Shown: in pieces, positions 23,495 through 35,446 of the stretch
Numbering within the stretch: the first letter of the stretch is position 1
Layout: every line of letters starts with the position of its first letter
NCBI GenBank assembly: GCA_965644315.1
Contig: CBFFRQ010000208.1
Location: 1 to 58,519 of the forward strand
Length of the DNA stretch: 58,519 nucleotides
Direction: 5' to 3'
Source of the DNA: Caecitellus pseudoparvulus
Lineage: Eukaryota; Protista; Bigyra: Bicosoecida
Position numbers and translations under genes: made by a program
The notes under the pieces: generated by a model
The model's database searches: none
Told to the model about the DNA's origin: nothing
Seen by the model: the letters and a program-made list of their open reading frames with translations, nothing else

Positions 23495-23905
23495 GCTTCA
23501 AACCCTGGCGCCGGCGGGCAGCTTCCCGTGACTTGTGCGCGTGAAGGCAGCGACGGACCCCGCTGCCCAGTCGACGACGGCGCCTGAGTCACCTGGGAGA
23601 GGTGGACAGTCGTGCTGGGCCCAGCGCAAGGGAACACTCCCACTCTTTGCGGCTGCACCTCGCCGGCTTCCTGCTAAATGGCGTGGAGCTTGGCGAATGC
23701 GTGCAAAGCAAGACTGGCGACTGGGGGCTCTTGCCAGCCTGTGCCACAGCTCACGGCGCGGTCACGACAAGCAAGGGCTCGGCTGCCGTACAGTTATGGA
23801 CAGCAAAGGGTGGTGCAGGCACCGTGGGGAAGTGAGGCCCGTGCATTTTGGAAAATTCTGCAAGTGCTGGGGGGGGCGTGGCAGCACCGCATGCCCTGCG
23901 CCAGT

Positions 23906-25853
23906 TCAAAGGCGCTCAACAGACGCCACGGGACTTGGCAGGTTCCCAATGCTGCCGAGGGAGCTGAGATTGGGCGCAATGAAGGAAGACTGGGGACCAA
24001 TGGCTGCATCCAGAATCGCCCCAGATGGTGAGGGCAGCAGCATGGGTGACGGAATGGGACCGCTGGCGGCCCCAAGAGTCCCCTGCATGGCGTCTTGCTC
24101 TGCTCGGTGGTCTCTCTGGCCTTGACGTTGCCCACGTGAAGGAGTGCGCGTCGAATGTCCGTCCAGTGCCTGCTGTTTGTTTGGGCTTGCTCGGGCGGGG
24201 GATTGGAGACGGCCTGCTCCTGGGCCCCCACCTCCAGCACCGAGCCTGCCTTCGGACTCCCGGCGGGCTTTTTGGTGAATCTCGACGCTACTATACCCAT
24301 ACCGCTCCCGCACAGATTCTTTGGCTGCTACCAACCCTGCTATGGGTGGGTACGTCCCTTGCAGGGCCTCTCTGGGGGTCAGTTGCACCGAGCTTGGCGG
24401 CTGGCGCTGCAGCGGACGCGAGTACAGAGAGACTTTGGACTTGGACCTGGACAAGATGTCAGGTGATGGGAGTGGGTGGTCACAGGATGCACCTCGCAGA
24501 ATTTTTGAAGCTAGAACGGCCTTATCTGGGTCTTCACGCGCTGTGCCTTGGTCGTCAAAACGCACTGCACTGTCGCCAAGCAAGTCGCCCATGCCCATGG
24601 CCTGGTGCAGACTCCGAGTTGCAAATGCCTCTTCAAGGTGTGAATGGAAAGTTGGAGATGCACCTGTGGCCTCTGTGTTTCGCTGAACCCAGTCCTCAAG
24701 GGGGAGCAGCTGCCCGCCCCGCAGTGCAGGGAGGCGCTGCTTCTCACGCTCCGCCAGCAGACCGTGAATGCGCGCTGCAGTCGGCGATACCGGGGACCCA
24801 CCACCATGGCCCCCGCTGCCTTGGTGGGATGCGTATGGATGTTCATGCGAGTGCACCTGCGCCCCTCGGGCTGAGGGTAGTGGGCTGCTCCGGCTTTCAT
24901 CAGCCTTGCTTCCCGGGGAATCGCTGTCGGCGCCACGGGCTGTGCTGCTTGGAGAGCCCTCATCTCTCCCCGACTCCATACTCTGCAGTTGTTTCCACTG
25001 TGCTTGGGTCAACTGTGAATAGGGAAGCAGCGGTGGGCAGGTGCAAGGCCAGCCTGACCTGCAATTGCTCTTCGTGGGCTGCTTACCCCCCCCGCACCGC
25101 CGCCTGCATGCGGCGCGACTGAGCTGACTTCAACTGAGCGCCTTCGGATGGAGTACATGAGCCCTTCCGTGTAGTCCCCTGCAAATGGGAGCGCACAGCC
25201 TACGGTGAGGTGGGCAGAGCTGGCGCCGGGAAGCAAGTTCCGCACCTCGCTGTCCAAACTTGTCACCATGGTACCCCGGCGACGTCATGACTTGCCCGAG
25301 CACCTGCAGGCTCTGTCTGCGTTGAAGACGTGACTTTTCCTCTTGTTCCTCATCACGGCGGGTGGTGCGCTCCGTAGTGCTGTGCGCGAGAGTGCGTGGC
25401 TCCGTCGGAAGTGACTCGCGATCTTTGCCATGGCCAGCCTCACCCTTCCCCCACTTCGATCATGCCCTCCTCCTGCTCAGGCGGGACATACTCCAGCTCG
25501 GCCTTTGCTTCCCGCAGTCGCTGGACCAGCTGCTGCTTGGTCTTGTGGTCTCGCCAGAAGGCAGCTGGGCTTTCTGTGATGCCCCATTTGATTGCAAGCT
25601 CCAGCAGCTCCCGTGTGCTCAAACTGCGCTCCACAACGTGCTCAGGCTTGCCCATGAGGCTGTCCACCTTGCGTTTGGACAAAACTTTGAACTCCTCCAT
25701 ATAAGGCAGCAGCTGCCGGAAGAACTGGCCGTTGAACATGGCTCCGTGGCGCCGGCTTGCTTCGATGCTGGCCTTGCGTTGGCTGACAAGATCAGCAAGC
25801 AGCTGGTGCTGTTGCGCATTCTCCACAGTGCCTGGCAGAGATACCGCCTCCAT
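23906..25853 (-). CDS. Hypothetical multi-exon protein
   Basis: Protein-like ORF segments at 25440-25853 and 23906-25012 on the same strand. No recognised motif; exon boundaries uncertain. Confidence 0.35.
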
Positions 25854-26293
25854 GGTCTTGCACCAGGTGAACAAGGCGTGTGATGGGCATTCCTTGATTG
25901 AGACCACCCAGGGCTCCGTGGTTCGGGAGGGTGAATGGGACCGGCTTTGATTTGCATGAGGGCTAGCGTTGAGACTGCTCCCGCAAGTCGAGCGGACACT
26001 CACCCTGCTCCACCAAGGCATCGCGGCCAATGGAATGTGGGAATTCGCAGTGCAAAGGGGGAAGACGCAGTGCCTCAAAAGCCATTTGGAAGGCTGCTGG
26101 GCTGCTCAGAGAGGGGCCGGAGCCGGGCGGCGGCGGGTCTCTGGATGTTTCTGAGCGCCGCCAAGCGCAGTGCGAAGGGCCAAGGCGGGTAAAATACGAC
26201 TGACATGATCGACAGAACTGTGAATACGATGACACCATTGGGAATCGCGTTCACGTGCCTTACTGATGCTTGTTGGCAGGCATTCCACGCAGC

Positions 26294-26886
26294 ATGTCAT
26301 CATCAGGGCTGGAAGCCCTTTCACGCCGAGTAGAAGTGCTTGAAGAGCTCGCAAGCCGCAATGCTGTGGAGCGAGTCACGCAACTTGAGAAAGAAGTTGC
26401 ATCGTGGCCATCTTTGCCATCCTCCCAGTGTAAGCGAACCACCGCACATTCTCCTGCATTTGCTCGGTGGCGTTTGGCTGTCCTTCAATTTCCGCACTCT
26501 CTGGCGTTGCCGCAGGTGCCGCTCAAGGGTCGCTCACAAGCCCCATGTACACTTTGCTGCCCCGAAGTGCGAAGATAGAGTTGCTGAAGAGCGCCCTCCC
26601 TAGGCTTGAATCAACTGCAGCGCTGCTCGGGAAAGCCAAAGTCCTCGCCCGGTCGCCAGCTGCAACTGCTGTGGAGGGCTGCCCCTTTCATGAGCCGCTC
26701 TGCCCACTTCCATCTGCACATGAATTGAAGCAGCTGGCGGACATTTCGTGTGCACATTCTCGACAAGTCCGTGCGGCTTCAGCACACAGCGCTCACTTGC
26801 ACGCCGTCGTGTCGTCCTACACCGCCTTGCTCGATGCGGTGGAGGAGGGGAACAGCTCCATCCGAGCCTTGGCTGCTGGGGAGTAA
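26294..26886 (+). CDS. Dynactin subunit 3 (p22/p24)-like coiled-coil protein, spliced
   Basis: Intron 26430-26515 joins MSSSGLEALSRRVEVLE... to ...AKIELLKSALPRLESTAALL...HSRQ...VVSSYTALL. Size (about 170 aa) and residue pattern resemble DCTN3. Confidence 0.5.
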
Positions 26887-26887
26887 C

Positions 26888-29800
26888 TCACCAGTCATCA
26901 TCCCACCCGTCAAACTCATCGTCGGCCACGCCTTCCAATTTCACGGCAGCCGCACCTGGGGCTTGCCCCGCAACACCGTCAGCTCCGCCCCCAGCAGGCT
27001 CCACCGGCTGCTGGAAGGCGGTACCGGTGGAGCTTGGTACCTCCGCCGCTGGCTCCGGGGCAGCCCACGAATCATCCAAGCCCAGCTCTGCGTCTACCTC
27101 CCAACCATCGGGCTCAGCACTCAGTGCAGCCGCAACTGCTGCTGCCGTGGCTGTCGGGACAGCAACCGCTGACGGTGTGCCCACGGCCCCGCTCACCGGC
27201 TCTGGTGCTGCCTGCACAGTCGCCCACTCCCCATCCCCTTCATCGTCCCAATCCCACCCAGAAGCATCCCCCACTTGATCCCCGTCAGTGTGATGTAGCA
27301 GCGTGGCTGCCTCAGAGGCATCTCGGGGCGGAGTATTGCGGTGCTGGGCCGTGCGGGCGACCAGTGCCTCGGGCAGAACACTGCGCAGCACGCGTGAAAC
27401 GACGTCTGAGCTGCCAGAGCGAGCGCGGCGGACCATGACGAATGCAGCACCACCCATGGCAGCCATTAACACAAACACCACGCCCCAACCCCAACTGGAC
27501 GACACGTCCCCTACCTGCACTGCTGTATCCTGTGCGGGTGCAATAATGGGTGCTGAAGAAGCGCTTGCGACAGGGGGGACAGGCACTGCCGGCTGCTGGG
27601 AAGGCAGTGGACGCAGGGAAGGGAATGGAGCTGCCCTTGAAGAAGAAGAAGGGGCTGGATCCCACACGGACTTTGTTGGTGCAGGGGTGGTCGTGGCTGT
27701 AAATGATGGGGTGCAAGTAGGTGTTGGGGATGTACTTGCGCTTACAGACAAAGAAGGGCTTGCACTGGCAGATGCAGATGGACTTAAAGAGGAGTTTGGT
27801 GTTGCGGAAACAACAGACACAACCGTCTTGCCCTGCCCAGGTTCACCCGTGGTGCCCTTCTCAGCAGTGCCCGTCTTTCCCTGCCCACCCCCATCCGTCT
27901 TGCCCTTCTCAGCAGCACCCGTGGTACCCTGCCCAGCCCCATCCGTCTTGCCCTTCTCAGCAGGGCCCGTGTCACCCTGCTCAGCAGTACCTGTCTTGCC
28001 CCTCTCAGCAGTGCCCGTCTTTCCCTGCCCAGGCTCACCCGTGGTGCCCTTCTCAGCAGTGCCCGTCTTTCCCTGCCCACCCCCATCCGTCTTGCCCTTC
28101 TCAGCAGCACCCGTGGTACCCTGCCCAGCCCCATCCGTCTTGCCCTTCTCAGCAGCACCCGTGGTACCCTGCCCACCCCCATCCGTCTTGCCCTTCTCAA
28201 CAGCACCCGTGGTACCCTGCCCAGCCCCATCCGTCTTGCCCTTCTCAGCAGCACCCGTGGTACCCTGCCCAGCCCCATCCGTCTTGCCCTTCTCAGCAGC
28301 ACCCGTGGTACCCTGCCCAGCCCCATCCGTCTTGCCCTTCTCAGCAGTGCGCGTGGTACCCTGCCCAGCCCCATCCGTCTTGCCCTTCTCAGCAGCACCC
28401 GTGTCACCCTGCCCGGCCCCATCCGTCTTGCCCTTCTCAGCAGCACCCGTGGTACCCTGCCCAGCCCCATCCGTCTTGCCCTTCTCAGCAGCACCCGTGG
28501 TACCCTGCCCAGCCCCATCCGTCTTGCCCTTCTCAGCAGCACCCGTGGTACCCTGCCCAGCCCCATCCGTCTTGCCCTTCTCAGCAGCACCCGTGGTACC
28601 CTGCCCAGCCCCATCCGTCTTGCCCTTCTCAGCAGCACCCGTGGTACCCTGCCCAGCCCCATCCGTCTTGCCCTTCTCAGCAGCACCCGTGGTACCCTGC
28701 CCAGCCCCATCCGTCTTGCCCTTCTCAGCAGCACCCGTGGTACCCTGCCCAGCCCCATCCGTCTTGCCCTTCTCAGCAGCACCCGTGTCACTCTGCCCAG
28801 CCCCATCCGTCTTGCCCTTCTCAGCAGCACCCGTGGTACCCTGCCCAGCCCCATCCGTCTTGCCCTTCTCAGTAGTGCGCGTGGTACCCTGCCCAGCCCC
28901 ATCCGTCTTGCCCTTCTCAGCAGTGCGCGTGGTACCCTGCCCAGCCCCATCCGTCTTGCCCTTCTCAGCAGCACCCGTGGTACCCTGCCCAGCCCCATCC
29001 GTCTTGCCCTTCTCAGCAGCACCCGTGGTACCCTGCCCGGCCCCATCCGTCTTGCCCTTCTCAGCAGCACCCGTGGTACCCTGCCCAGCCCCATCCGTCT
29101 TGCCCTTCTCAGTAGTGCGCGTGGTACCCTGCCCAGCCCCATCCGTCTTGCCCTTCTCAGCAGCACCCGTGGTACCCTGCCCAGCCCCATCCGTCTTGCC
29201 CTTCTCAGCAGCACCCGTGGTACCCTGCCCACCCCCATCCGTCTTGCCCTTCTCAGCAGCACCCGTGGTACCCTGCCCAGCCCCATCCGTCTTGCCCTTC
29301 TCAGCAGTGCGCGTGGTACCCTGCCCAGCCCCATCCGTCTTGCCCTTCTCAGCAGCACCCGTGGTACCCTGCCCAGCCCCATCCGTCTTGCCCTTCTCAG
29401 CAGCACCCGTGGTACCCTGCCCAGCCCCATCCGTCTTGCCCTTCTCAGCAGTGCGCGTGGTACCCTGCCCGGCCCCATCCGTCTTGCCCTTCTCAGCAGC
29501 ACCCGTGGTACCCTGCCCAGCCCCATCCGTCTTGCCCTTCTCAGCAGTGCCCGTCTTTCCCTGCCCAGCCCCATCCGTCTTGCCCTTCTCAGCAGCACCC
29601 GTGGTACCCTGCCCGGCCCCATCCGTCTTGCCCTTCTCAGCAGTGCGCGTGGTACCCTGCCCAGCCCCATCCGTCTTGCCCTTCTCAGCAGCACCCGTGT
29701 CACCCTGCCCAGCCCCATCCGTCTTGCCCTTCTCAGCAGTGCGCGTGGTACCCTGCCCGGCCCCATCCGTCTTGCCCTTCTCAGCAGCACCCGTGGTACC

Positions 29801-30513
29801 CTGCCCAGCCCCATCCGTCTTGCCCTTCTCAGCAGTGCGCGTGGTACCCTGCCCAGCCCCATCCGTCTTGCCCTGCTCAGCAGCACCTGTCTCGCCCTGC
29901 TCAGCCTCACCCGCCTTGCCCTGACCAGCAGCACCTGCCTTAACGTTGTCAGCCTTGTGACCATGACCACCAGTCTTGCTTGATTTACGACTGGAAAGAG
30001 TCGTGTCGACAAAACGGAGCCTGTCGATTGAGCTGAGCTTCTCTGCATGCCTGTCATTGCCTGTATGACCGGAGCTTGTGATTGGCTCCTTTGGTCCAGA
30101 CGTATCCAGCAAGCGCCTGCCTTCTTCTGGTTTAAGAATATCAAGGTCTGATGCACGAGGGTGTTGATGAAAATCATTGCCTTTCAATGCTAGAGGCGAT
30201 GTTTGCTTTGAAACGTGGTCAGATCGCCCGGCCTCGATCGCAGGCAAGTTGTCTTGCTGAGCTTGTTCCCTGAACCTTTCTCTCTCTGCCTGCCTCTCGC
30301 CCTCCTCGAACTTGCCCCACGCAAGTGAACTTGTTGTTTCTTCCGATGCAACAGCTGGCGTACAAGCCTGCTTGACAGCGCGTTCAGGCGCTTTCGGTCA
30401 CAGCAGAAGTGCGAGGGGGAGCGGCGTGGGCCACTCACCATGAAAAGGCCCACGAGGGCGCAAACTACGAGGACTGCAGACCTCCGGATGGTTACATGCT
30501 TTGTCAATTGCAT
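26888..30513 (-). CDS. Type-I membrane protein with 16-aa tandem-repeat ectodomain, Ser/Thr/Pro stalk and acidic-Trp cytoplasmic tail
   Basis: Intron 30368-30438 joins a signal peptide (MQLTKHVTIRRSAVLVVCALVGLFM-ACTPAVA) in frame to the 1119-aa ORF. TM segment WGWGVVFVLMAAMGGAAFVMV followed by RRAR; tail ends FDGWDDDW. Confidence 0.8.
27824..29920. repeat. Coding minisatellite, 48-bp unit (two related 24-bp halves), roughly 43 copies
   Basis: Unit GCCCAGCCCCATCCGTCTTGCCCTTCTCAGCAGCACCCGTGGTACCCT repeated head-to-tail with few variants; encodes GAAEKGKTDGAGQGTT on the minus strand. Confidence 0.97.
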
Positions 30514-30806
30514 AGTGTGTATCGTGCCTCCCTGGGCCTTAAATGGCTGCTTGGCCTGCACGCAGCAGCAGACGGACACAGCCACTTGGCAGCGGAAATA
30601 GCAACTCCTATACACGAGGCACGTCCAGGCTTGCAAGCCGACGCGATCCGGAAATACCGCAAAGTGAAAGCCTTGTCAGGGAATCCCTCAAGCTGGCACT
30701 ATTGCAGACCGACTGAATTATGTGCGAGCACGTCTGAACGTGTCAGAGCAAACGATTCGTCTCGCTGCCCCTGGCCTCGAACCCCGTCACGTTTCACCGC
30801 AGTTCC

Positions 30807-33800
30807 TCACTCTGCCACTTCCAGCTGCTCCATCGCACGAGCAAGGGCGGTGACAGTGTCAACCTGGCCTGCGTCCACGTGGGAGGCTTCAACTGCAAAG
30901 TCACCGTACTCAGCCTGATCTTCCGCGGGCTCGGGTGCAGTCTGGCTAGCGTTGACCACGGACGAGGGCTTCACTGTCACACCACAAGCTTCCAGAAGCA
31001 GCCGCACCGCTTGCCCAAGCTGTGTCTGCATGAATGGGGCCCCTTCATTCCAGAAAGGATGCAGGGAGTGCGCGAAACTCCCGTGCTGAGGAATCCACCC
31101 ACTGAAGGGCGGAGCGCCTATGGCACCGAGCCACGTCAACAAACACGCAGCTCCGAACAAGTCCACCAGCTGCTGCCACTCCTTGGTGTGCCGAGCATAC
31201 TTCACCACAAATGCAGATCCTTGAGGGGGGCTTAGCCCCAAGTGCAGCTTCTGCAAGACTGTGGCAGCGTAGCCGTCGGCTCGAAGCGACCACGGGTATG
31301 ACAAGCCGAAGTCCACCAGCCGCGCTCGCAACGCCCCTGCTGGGTTGATTTCCACCATGACATTCCCACTGTGTACATCTCGGTGGGCGACACTTTGGCT
31401 GTGCAGGTTCATGATGGCCTCCAGCAGCGACAGGGCCAGCCCAAGCTTCGAACGGCTTGGAAGCCGCTGGCCGAGCTCCTCCGTAACCCACGTCCACTGG
31501 CAACCAGGCACAAACTCTGCCACAGCAGACAACCCCCCAGCGGCCTCGCCCGCCACAGGCGCAGACTGCACCACCCCCAGCACTCTCGCAAGCGTGGCAG
31601 GGGCGATGATGGAGGACTGCACCCGGATTTCGTAGGCTAGCTCCCGCTGTGCGGCAAGGGCATGCGTCCCAGAATCTACACGCAGGGCTTTCACGGCGCA
31701 TGGCAAGCCAGAACGCTTCAGCACTTTGAGAGAGACGTCACCAAAGCCGCCTGCCCCAACAGCGCTTGCATGGCCATCAAGCTGTATCGAGGCGGAGAAG
31801 GCAGCGGCAGCTTGAACTCCTTCAGGAAGAGCAGCAACAGCTCGGAGTGCATCCTTTGCTGATGAAAATACTGCAGCAGTAGGGGGACCAGGGGCACCTG
31901 GGATCCATTGAGTTATGCACCAGGTCCCTGTCGCTGGGAGTAGCGCTGAAGAACTGATACGTGGTGGCAAGGGTGTAAGCTCAGCTTTGAGATCTGAGGT
32001 GGCGGCGCAGTCACAGGGGCGGCGACCTGAGGCGTCCATGGCGACCAACGACGCCCCAGCGGTCAGCAGGGAGTCAACGGCGCCCCCTACTCCCGCTCTT
32101 GCTGCATAGTGAAGGGGTGTCTGGCCTTGTATATCGTGGGCTCCCAGCGCCTGAGGGCAAGCCCGCAACAGCTCAGTGCAGATCTCCACATCCCCCACAG
32201 CAGCAGCGACGTGCAAGGGCGTGCAGAGGCGCTGGCTTAATCCCAAACAATCAGCACCGCTTCGCAAAAGGAACCTGACCATCTCGATATGCTGTCCTTC
32301 GACGGCCCAGTGGAGCGGCGGAGGGGCCATGGTCTCAGCGCTGCCATTCACAGACACGCCTGCAGTGATACAGGCCTCGGCCAGCTCCAATTGGTTGTAC
32401 AGCGCAGCAACATGCAAGGCTCCGACCCCACACCGATTAGTCACGAGTGGGGCAACTTTCAGAAGTGGAGCTGCAGCAAAAGCATTTCCTGAAGCGATCG
32501 CGTCCAGCAGGGGCGGCCAGTTGGTCAGCTGCATCGGGAACGGCTGCTCGTGCTCGTTCTTCCACGCGCGAGAAAGGACACGGAACTCTTTTGCGCTGGT
32601 GTTTGCCATGAAGCGGGTCTGAGTGCCGGTGTCAACGGTGAACACGAGCGGACACATGGACCCCAGGGCTGGGTCAACACCGACCCGCAGCAGCTCCTCC
32701 ACCACTTCCCCAGATTCTGGATTAGAGTGAAGGGTAGCGTACGCGAGGGCGCTGCGCGTGTCAAGGTCTTGGCAGTTGGGGTCCGCACCATGGCTGACAA
32801 GAAGTGGAATAGCAGCTTGCTGCCGGTGCGAAGCGGCGACGTGCAGCATTGAAAGACCGCGAGCCGCGAGAATCTTCGCATCAGCCTCTGCCTCCAACAG
32901 CTCCTTGCACACGGCAACAACGTCACGGTTCTGTGCCCCGCTGCTGAATGATGACTGTAGCGCTGAATACAGCGGAGTTTCACCGTGCCGGGACTGAGCA
33001 TTCACAGCAGAAGCACTCTGAAAGTGAGGCTGCTGAAGCAGCCACCTCACCATGGCAAGGCGAGCTGAAAGGGCACCCAAATGCAGCGCAGATCTCCCCC
33101 AACTGTCTGTAAAGGTGAGATCTGCACCTTCTGCCACAAGGACTTCAACAAAAGTGGCGAGGCCTGACCGTAGCGCGACAATGAGCAACTTGACCAGCTG
33201 CTTCTTGGTCCACGTGCACGCCGTGAGCAGCGCCTTCAGCAAGTCCACAGTGCCAGAGGACCCTTTTGAGGACGTGCGCTCGTCGACTCCGGAATCCAAT
33301 TCAGTGGACACATGGTACATGAAGCTATCGATACTCTCGGAGCAGGCCTCCTGGGCAATGGAGGGCTCTGCGTCCTTCACGTGTTGTGCAAGGAATCTGA
33401 CCAGATCCCAATTCTCTGCCCTCACCGCGCAGACCATTGCAGCAGCAGCCTGCTCAGGGAAATTGGACATGATCGGCTGCATCATGAGAGCGATCTCGAA
33501 CGCTGCCGCCTCCGGGGCGCTGGCCGCAATGGCCAACGGCCAGGTAGGGTCGCGCCATGAGTCACCTCCAAACCTGACCAGCTGGCTCACCCAGGCCTGA
33601 CTGCGTTGCAGGGCAGCGCTGACTGCTTCGACCTGGCCTGTGCCAATGATCTCCAGAAGGTGATTTCCATCGCAAGGAATCTCATCGGGAATTGACTCGT
33701 GCGAAGTCTCTGCCACGCCACGTGTGCTTGCGTCCAATTCCGCAGATGCACCAGCCTGCAAGGAAGGCTCGCTGACTACTGCAAAATCATCATAGCTGGT

Positions 33801-33836
33801 GGAATCAGCAGCTCCAGCCGCGTCTTTACTGGCCAT
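30807..33836 (-). CDS. Ankyrin-repeat protein kinase
   Basis: Multiple ankyrin repeats (GRSALHLGA, GETPLYSAL, PPLHWAV, TPLHVAA, GQTPLHYAA) followed by kinase motifs VGAGGFGDV, CAVK, HRDVHSGN and DFGLS. First ATG (MASKD) at 33836. Confidence 0.85.
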   Translation of the reverse strand: MASKDAAGAADSTSYDDFAVVSEPSLQAGASAELDASTRGVAETSHESIPDEIPCDGNHLLEIIGTGQVEAVSAALQRSQAWVSQLVRFGGDSWRDPTWPLAIAASAPEAAAFEIALMMQPIMSNFPEQAAAAMVCAVRAENWDLVRFLAQHVKDAEPSIAQEACSESIDSFMYHVSTELDSGVDERTSSKGSSGTVDLLKALLTACTWTKKQLVKLLIVALRSGLATFVEVLVAEGADLTFTDSWGRSALHLGALSARLAMVRWLLQQPHFQSASAVNAQSRHGETPLYSALQSSFSSGAQNRDVVAVCKELLEAEADAKILAARGLSMLHVAASHRQQAAIPLLVSHGADPNCQDLDTRSALAYATLHSNPESGEVVEELLRVGVDPALGSMCPLVFTVDTGTQTRFMANTSAKEFRVLSRAWKNEHEQPFPMQLTNWPPLLDAIASGNAFAAAPLLKVAPLVTNRCGVGALHVAALYNQLELAEACITAGVSVNGSAETMAPPPLHWAVEGQHIEMVRFLLRSGADCLGLSQRLCTPLHVAAAVGDVEICTELLRACPQALGAHDIQGQTPLHYAARAGVGGAVDSLLTAGASLVAMDASGRRPCDCAATSDLKAELTPLPPRISSSALLPATGTWCITQWIPGAPGPPTAAVFSSAKDALRAVAALPEGVQAAAAFSASIQLDGHASAVGAGGFGDVSLKVLKRSGLPCAVKALRVDSGTHALAAQRELAYEIRVQSSIIAPATLARVLGVVQSAPVAGEAAGGLSAVAEFVPGCQWTWVTEELGQRLPSRSKLGLALSLLEAIMNLHSQSVAHRDVHSGNVMVEINPAGALRARLVDFGLSYPWSLRADGYAATVLQKLHLGLSPPQGSAFVVKYARHTKEWQQLVDLFGAACLLTWLGAIGAPPFSGWIPQHGSFAHSLHPFWNEGAPFMQTQLGQAVRLLLEACGVTVKPSSVVNASQTAPEPAEDQAEYGDFAVEASHVDAGQVDTVTALARAMEQLEVAE

Positions 33837-35446
33837 TCTATATTTTTGAGCATGGAAGCGGGTGGTTGCAATCTGAAGGGTTCGGAAACGCCGTGCGAAG
33901 ATTGGGAAAGTGAGCAAGGACAAAATCCGCACCGAAGTTGCTTGAATCGGCAGCTGTGAGCAGGGTGGATTCACTGGATGGCGCACTGTGATGAATCCTG
34001 GTGATTACAGGAGACATTATGGTTCGATCGCGATTACATTGTGCCTGTATCACGCCTTCGACACAGCTTGCTTGGCAAGAGGCGACAGTTACTGGTGTGG
34101 CACGGAGGTGATCACCGACTGCCCGCAACACGCGCTGTGCATGTGCATGGGGGTGTGGTGTGGATTGGGCGAACGTGACCCACACTTGCAAGGCCAACCA
34201 CGCCTGCGGGGCGCAGTAAATGCTAAGCTGCGATACATGCAGCGAGCCTGATGAGTTCAGCGATTCAAGTTGTATGAAGGAGTCCAGTAGCACTTCATAC
34301 TTGCAGGGCTCCTCTTGGCGAACACAGAGTTTTGCTAAAATGAACTTCCTGGTGCACCCAGTTGGTCCGCTTGCACTTGTTTCACATCGGAGGTCTGATT
34401 AAAATCACGTGTCCAGCCAGAAGCGCCCTGTGTCGGAGTGGCCTCGCGTTTCGCACCGCCAACACCAACCCTTGCCATGCAGCTGAGCATTCTGGCCGCC
34501 TCTTCATGGCAGGGTGAAGTTCCCCAGTGCTGGAGGGCGAGGTGGACGTAGACATGTGAAACGTATTAGTCGCATGTGTACTGCCTCCACCGTGCTCCAG
34601 GCCTTTCAACAAGCGGCTTGTGATTGTCCGCCGTTCAGGATGAAACTCCCTTCACACCACCCAGCACAAGGCCAGCCCTGCTCCAGCGCCCAGCACTGCA
34701 GCTGGTTGCCCCCTCGCTGACGAGAGGCATATTGAGAAGTCCACCCTTCTGCACCTATGTACTGTTGCGCTGCACGTTGCATGTGGCCGGCCGGGCCTTT
34801 GAACCCGTGCTGCACTGGCGTTTGCAGCTGAGGCTGTTGCGGCCAACTTCGAGGTGGAGCTGGTGAATCTTTCGGCGCACGCCTGCTCGGGGAGCGCGTG
34901 GCTGGGTGTTTTCGACGTCCATCGTGGTTATAGCTGTATGTGGTGCGGCTGGACGTGTTGCTGTGGGTATCGCTTCAGCTAGCCCAGGGTGTGGAAACGC
35001 CGAAGCGGGAGTGGTTCACATTGTTGACATGGCCTGGCAGTGTGGTGGGCTGGATACATCGCCGAGAAGAAGAGTCACTCCCACAGACTACCATTGGCCT
35101 GCAAGGTGTGTGCAGAGCAGGCCAGGGCTGTGTTTGCGGCAACCTCCACGGCCCAGTCTTCCTTTGTGACGGTGTGTGCCGTGCCTGCCAGGGTTCCTGC
35201 CTTGCACTTCGTGGCCTCAGAGAGCTCGATGTACCTGTACAACGTCCAACCTCGTTTGTCAGTCGCTTCCCTTTTCATTGTGGCGTCCACTGAACCTTTC
35301 CCATCCAGCAGTGACCGAGCGACGCCCAGGTCAGCCGCTTTGTGTGAGTGCGCCGTCACCGTCCCTTCTCCATGCTGGGGTGGTAGTCTTGATCGTCCCA
35401 GCACTGTACGGACGGTCATGATAGCTGCCCCAGCAGTCCTAGGGGC

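Noticed and set aside
27824-29920. 48-bp array as a CRISPR array
   Set aside because: Units are contiguous with no unique spacers, are a multiple of 3 and encode a protein; no cas genes; eukaryotic context.
27303-30177. Long alternative-frame ORFs (873, 797 and 384 aa) over the repeat
   Set aside because: Artefacts of a stop-free tandem repeat; only the frame with signal peptide and TM segment is coherent.
33990-35440. Short ORFs upstream of the membrane-protein gene
   Set aside because: No recognisable motif; may hold upstream exons, but I could not build a supported model.
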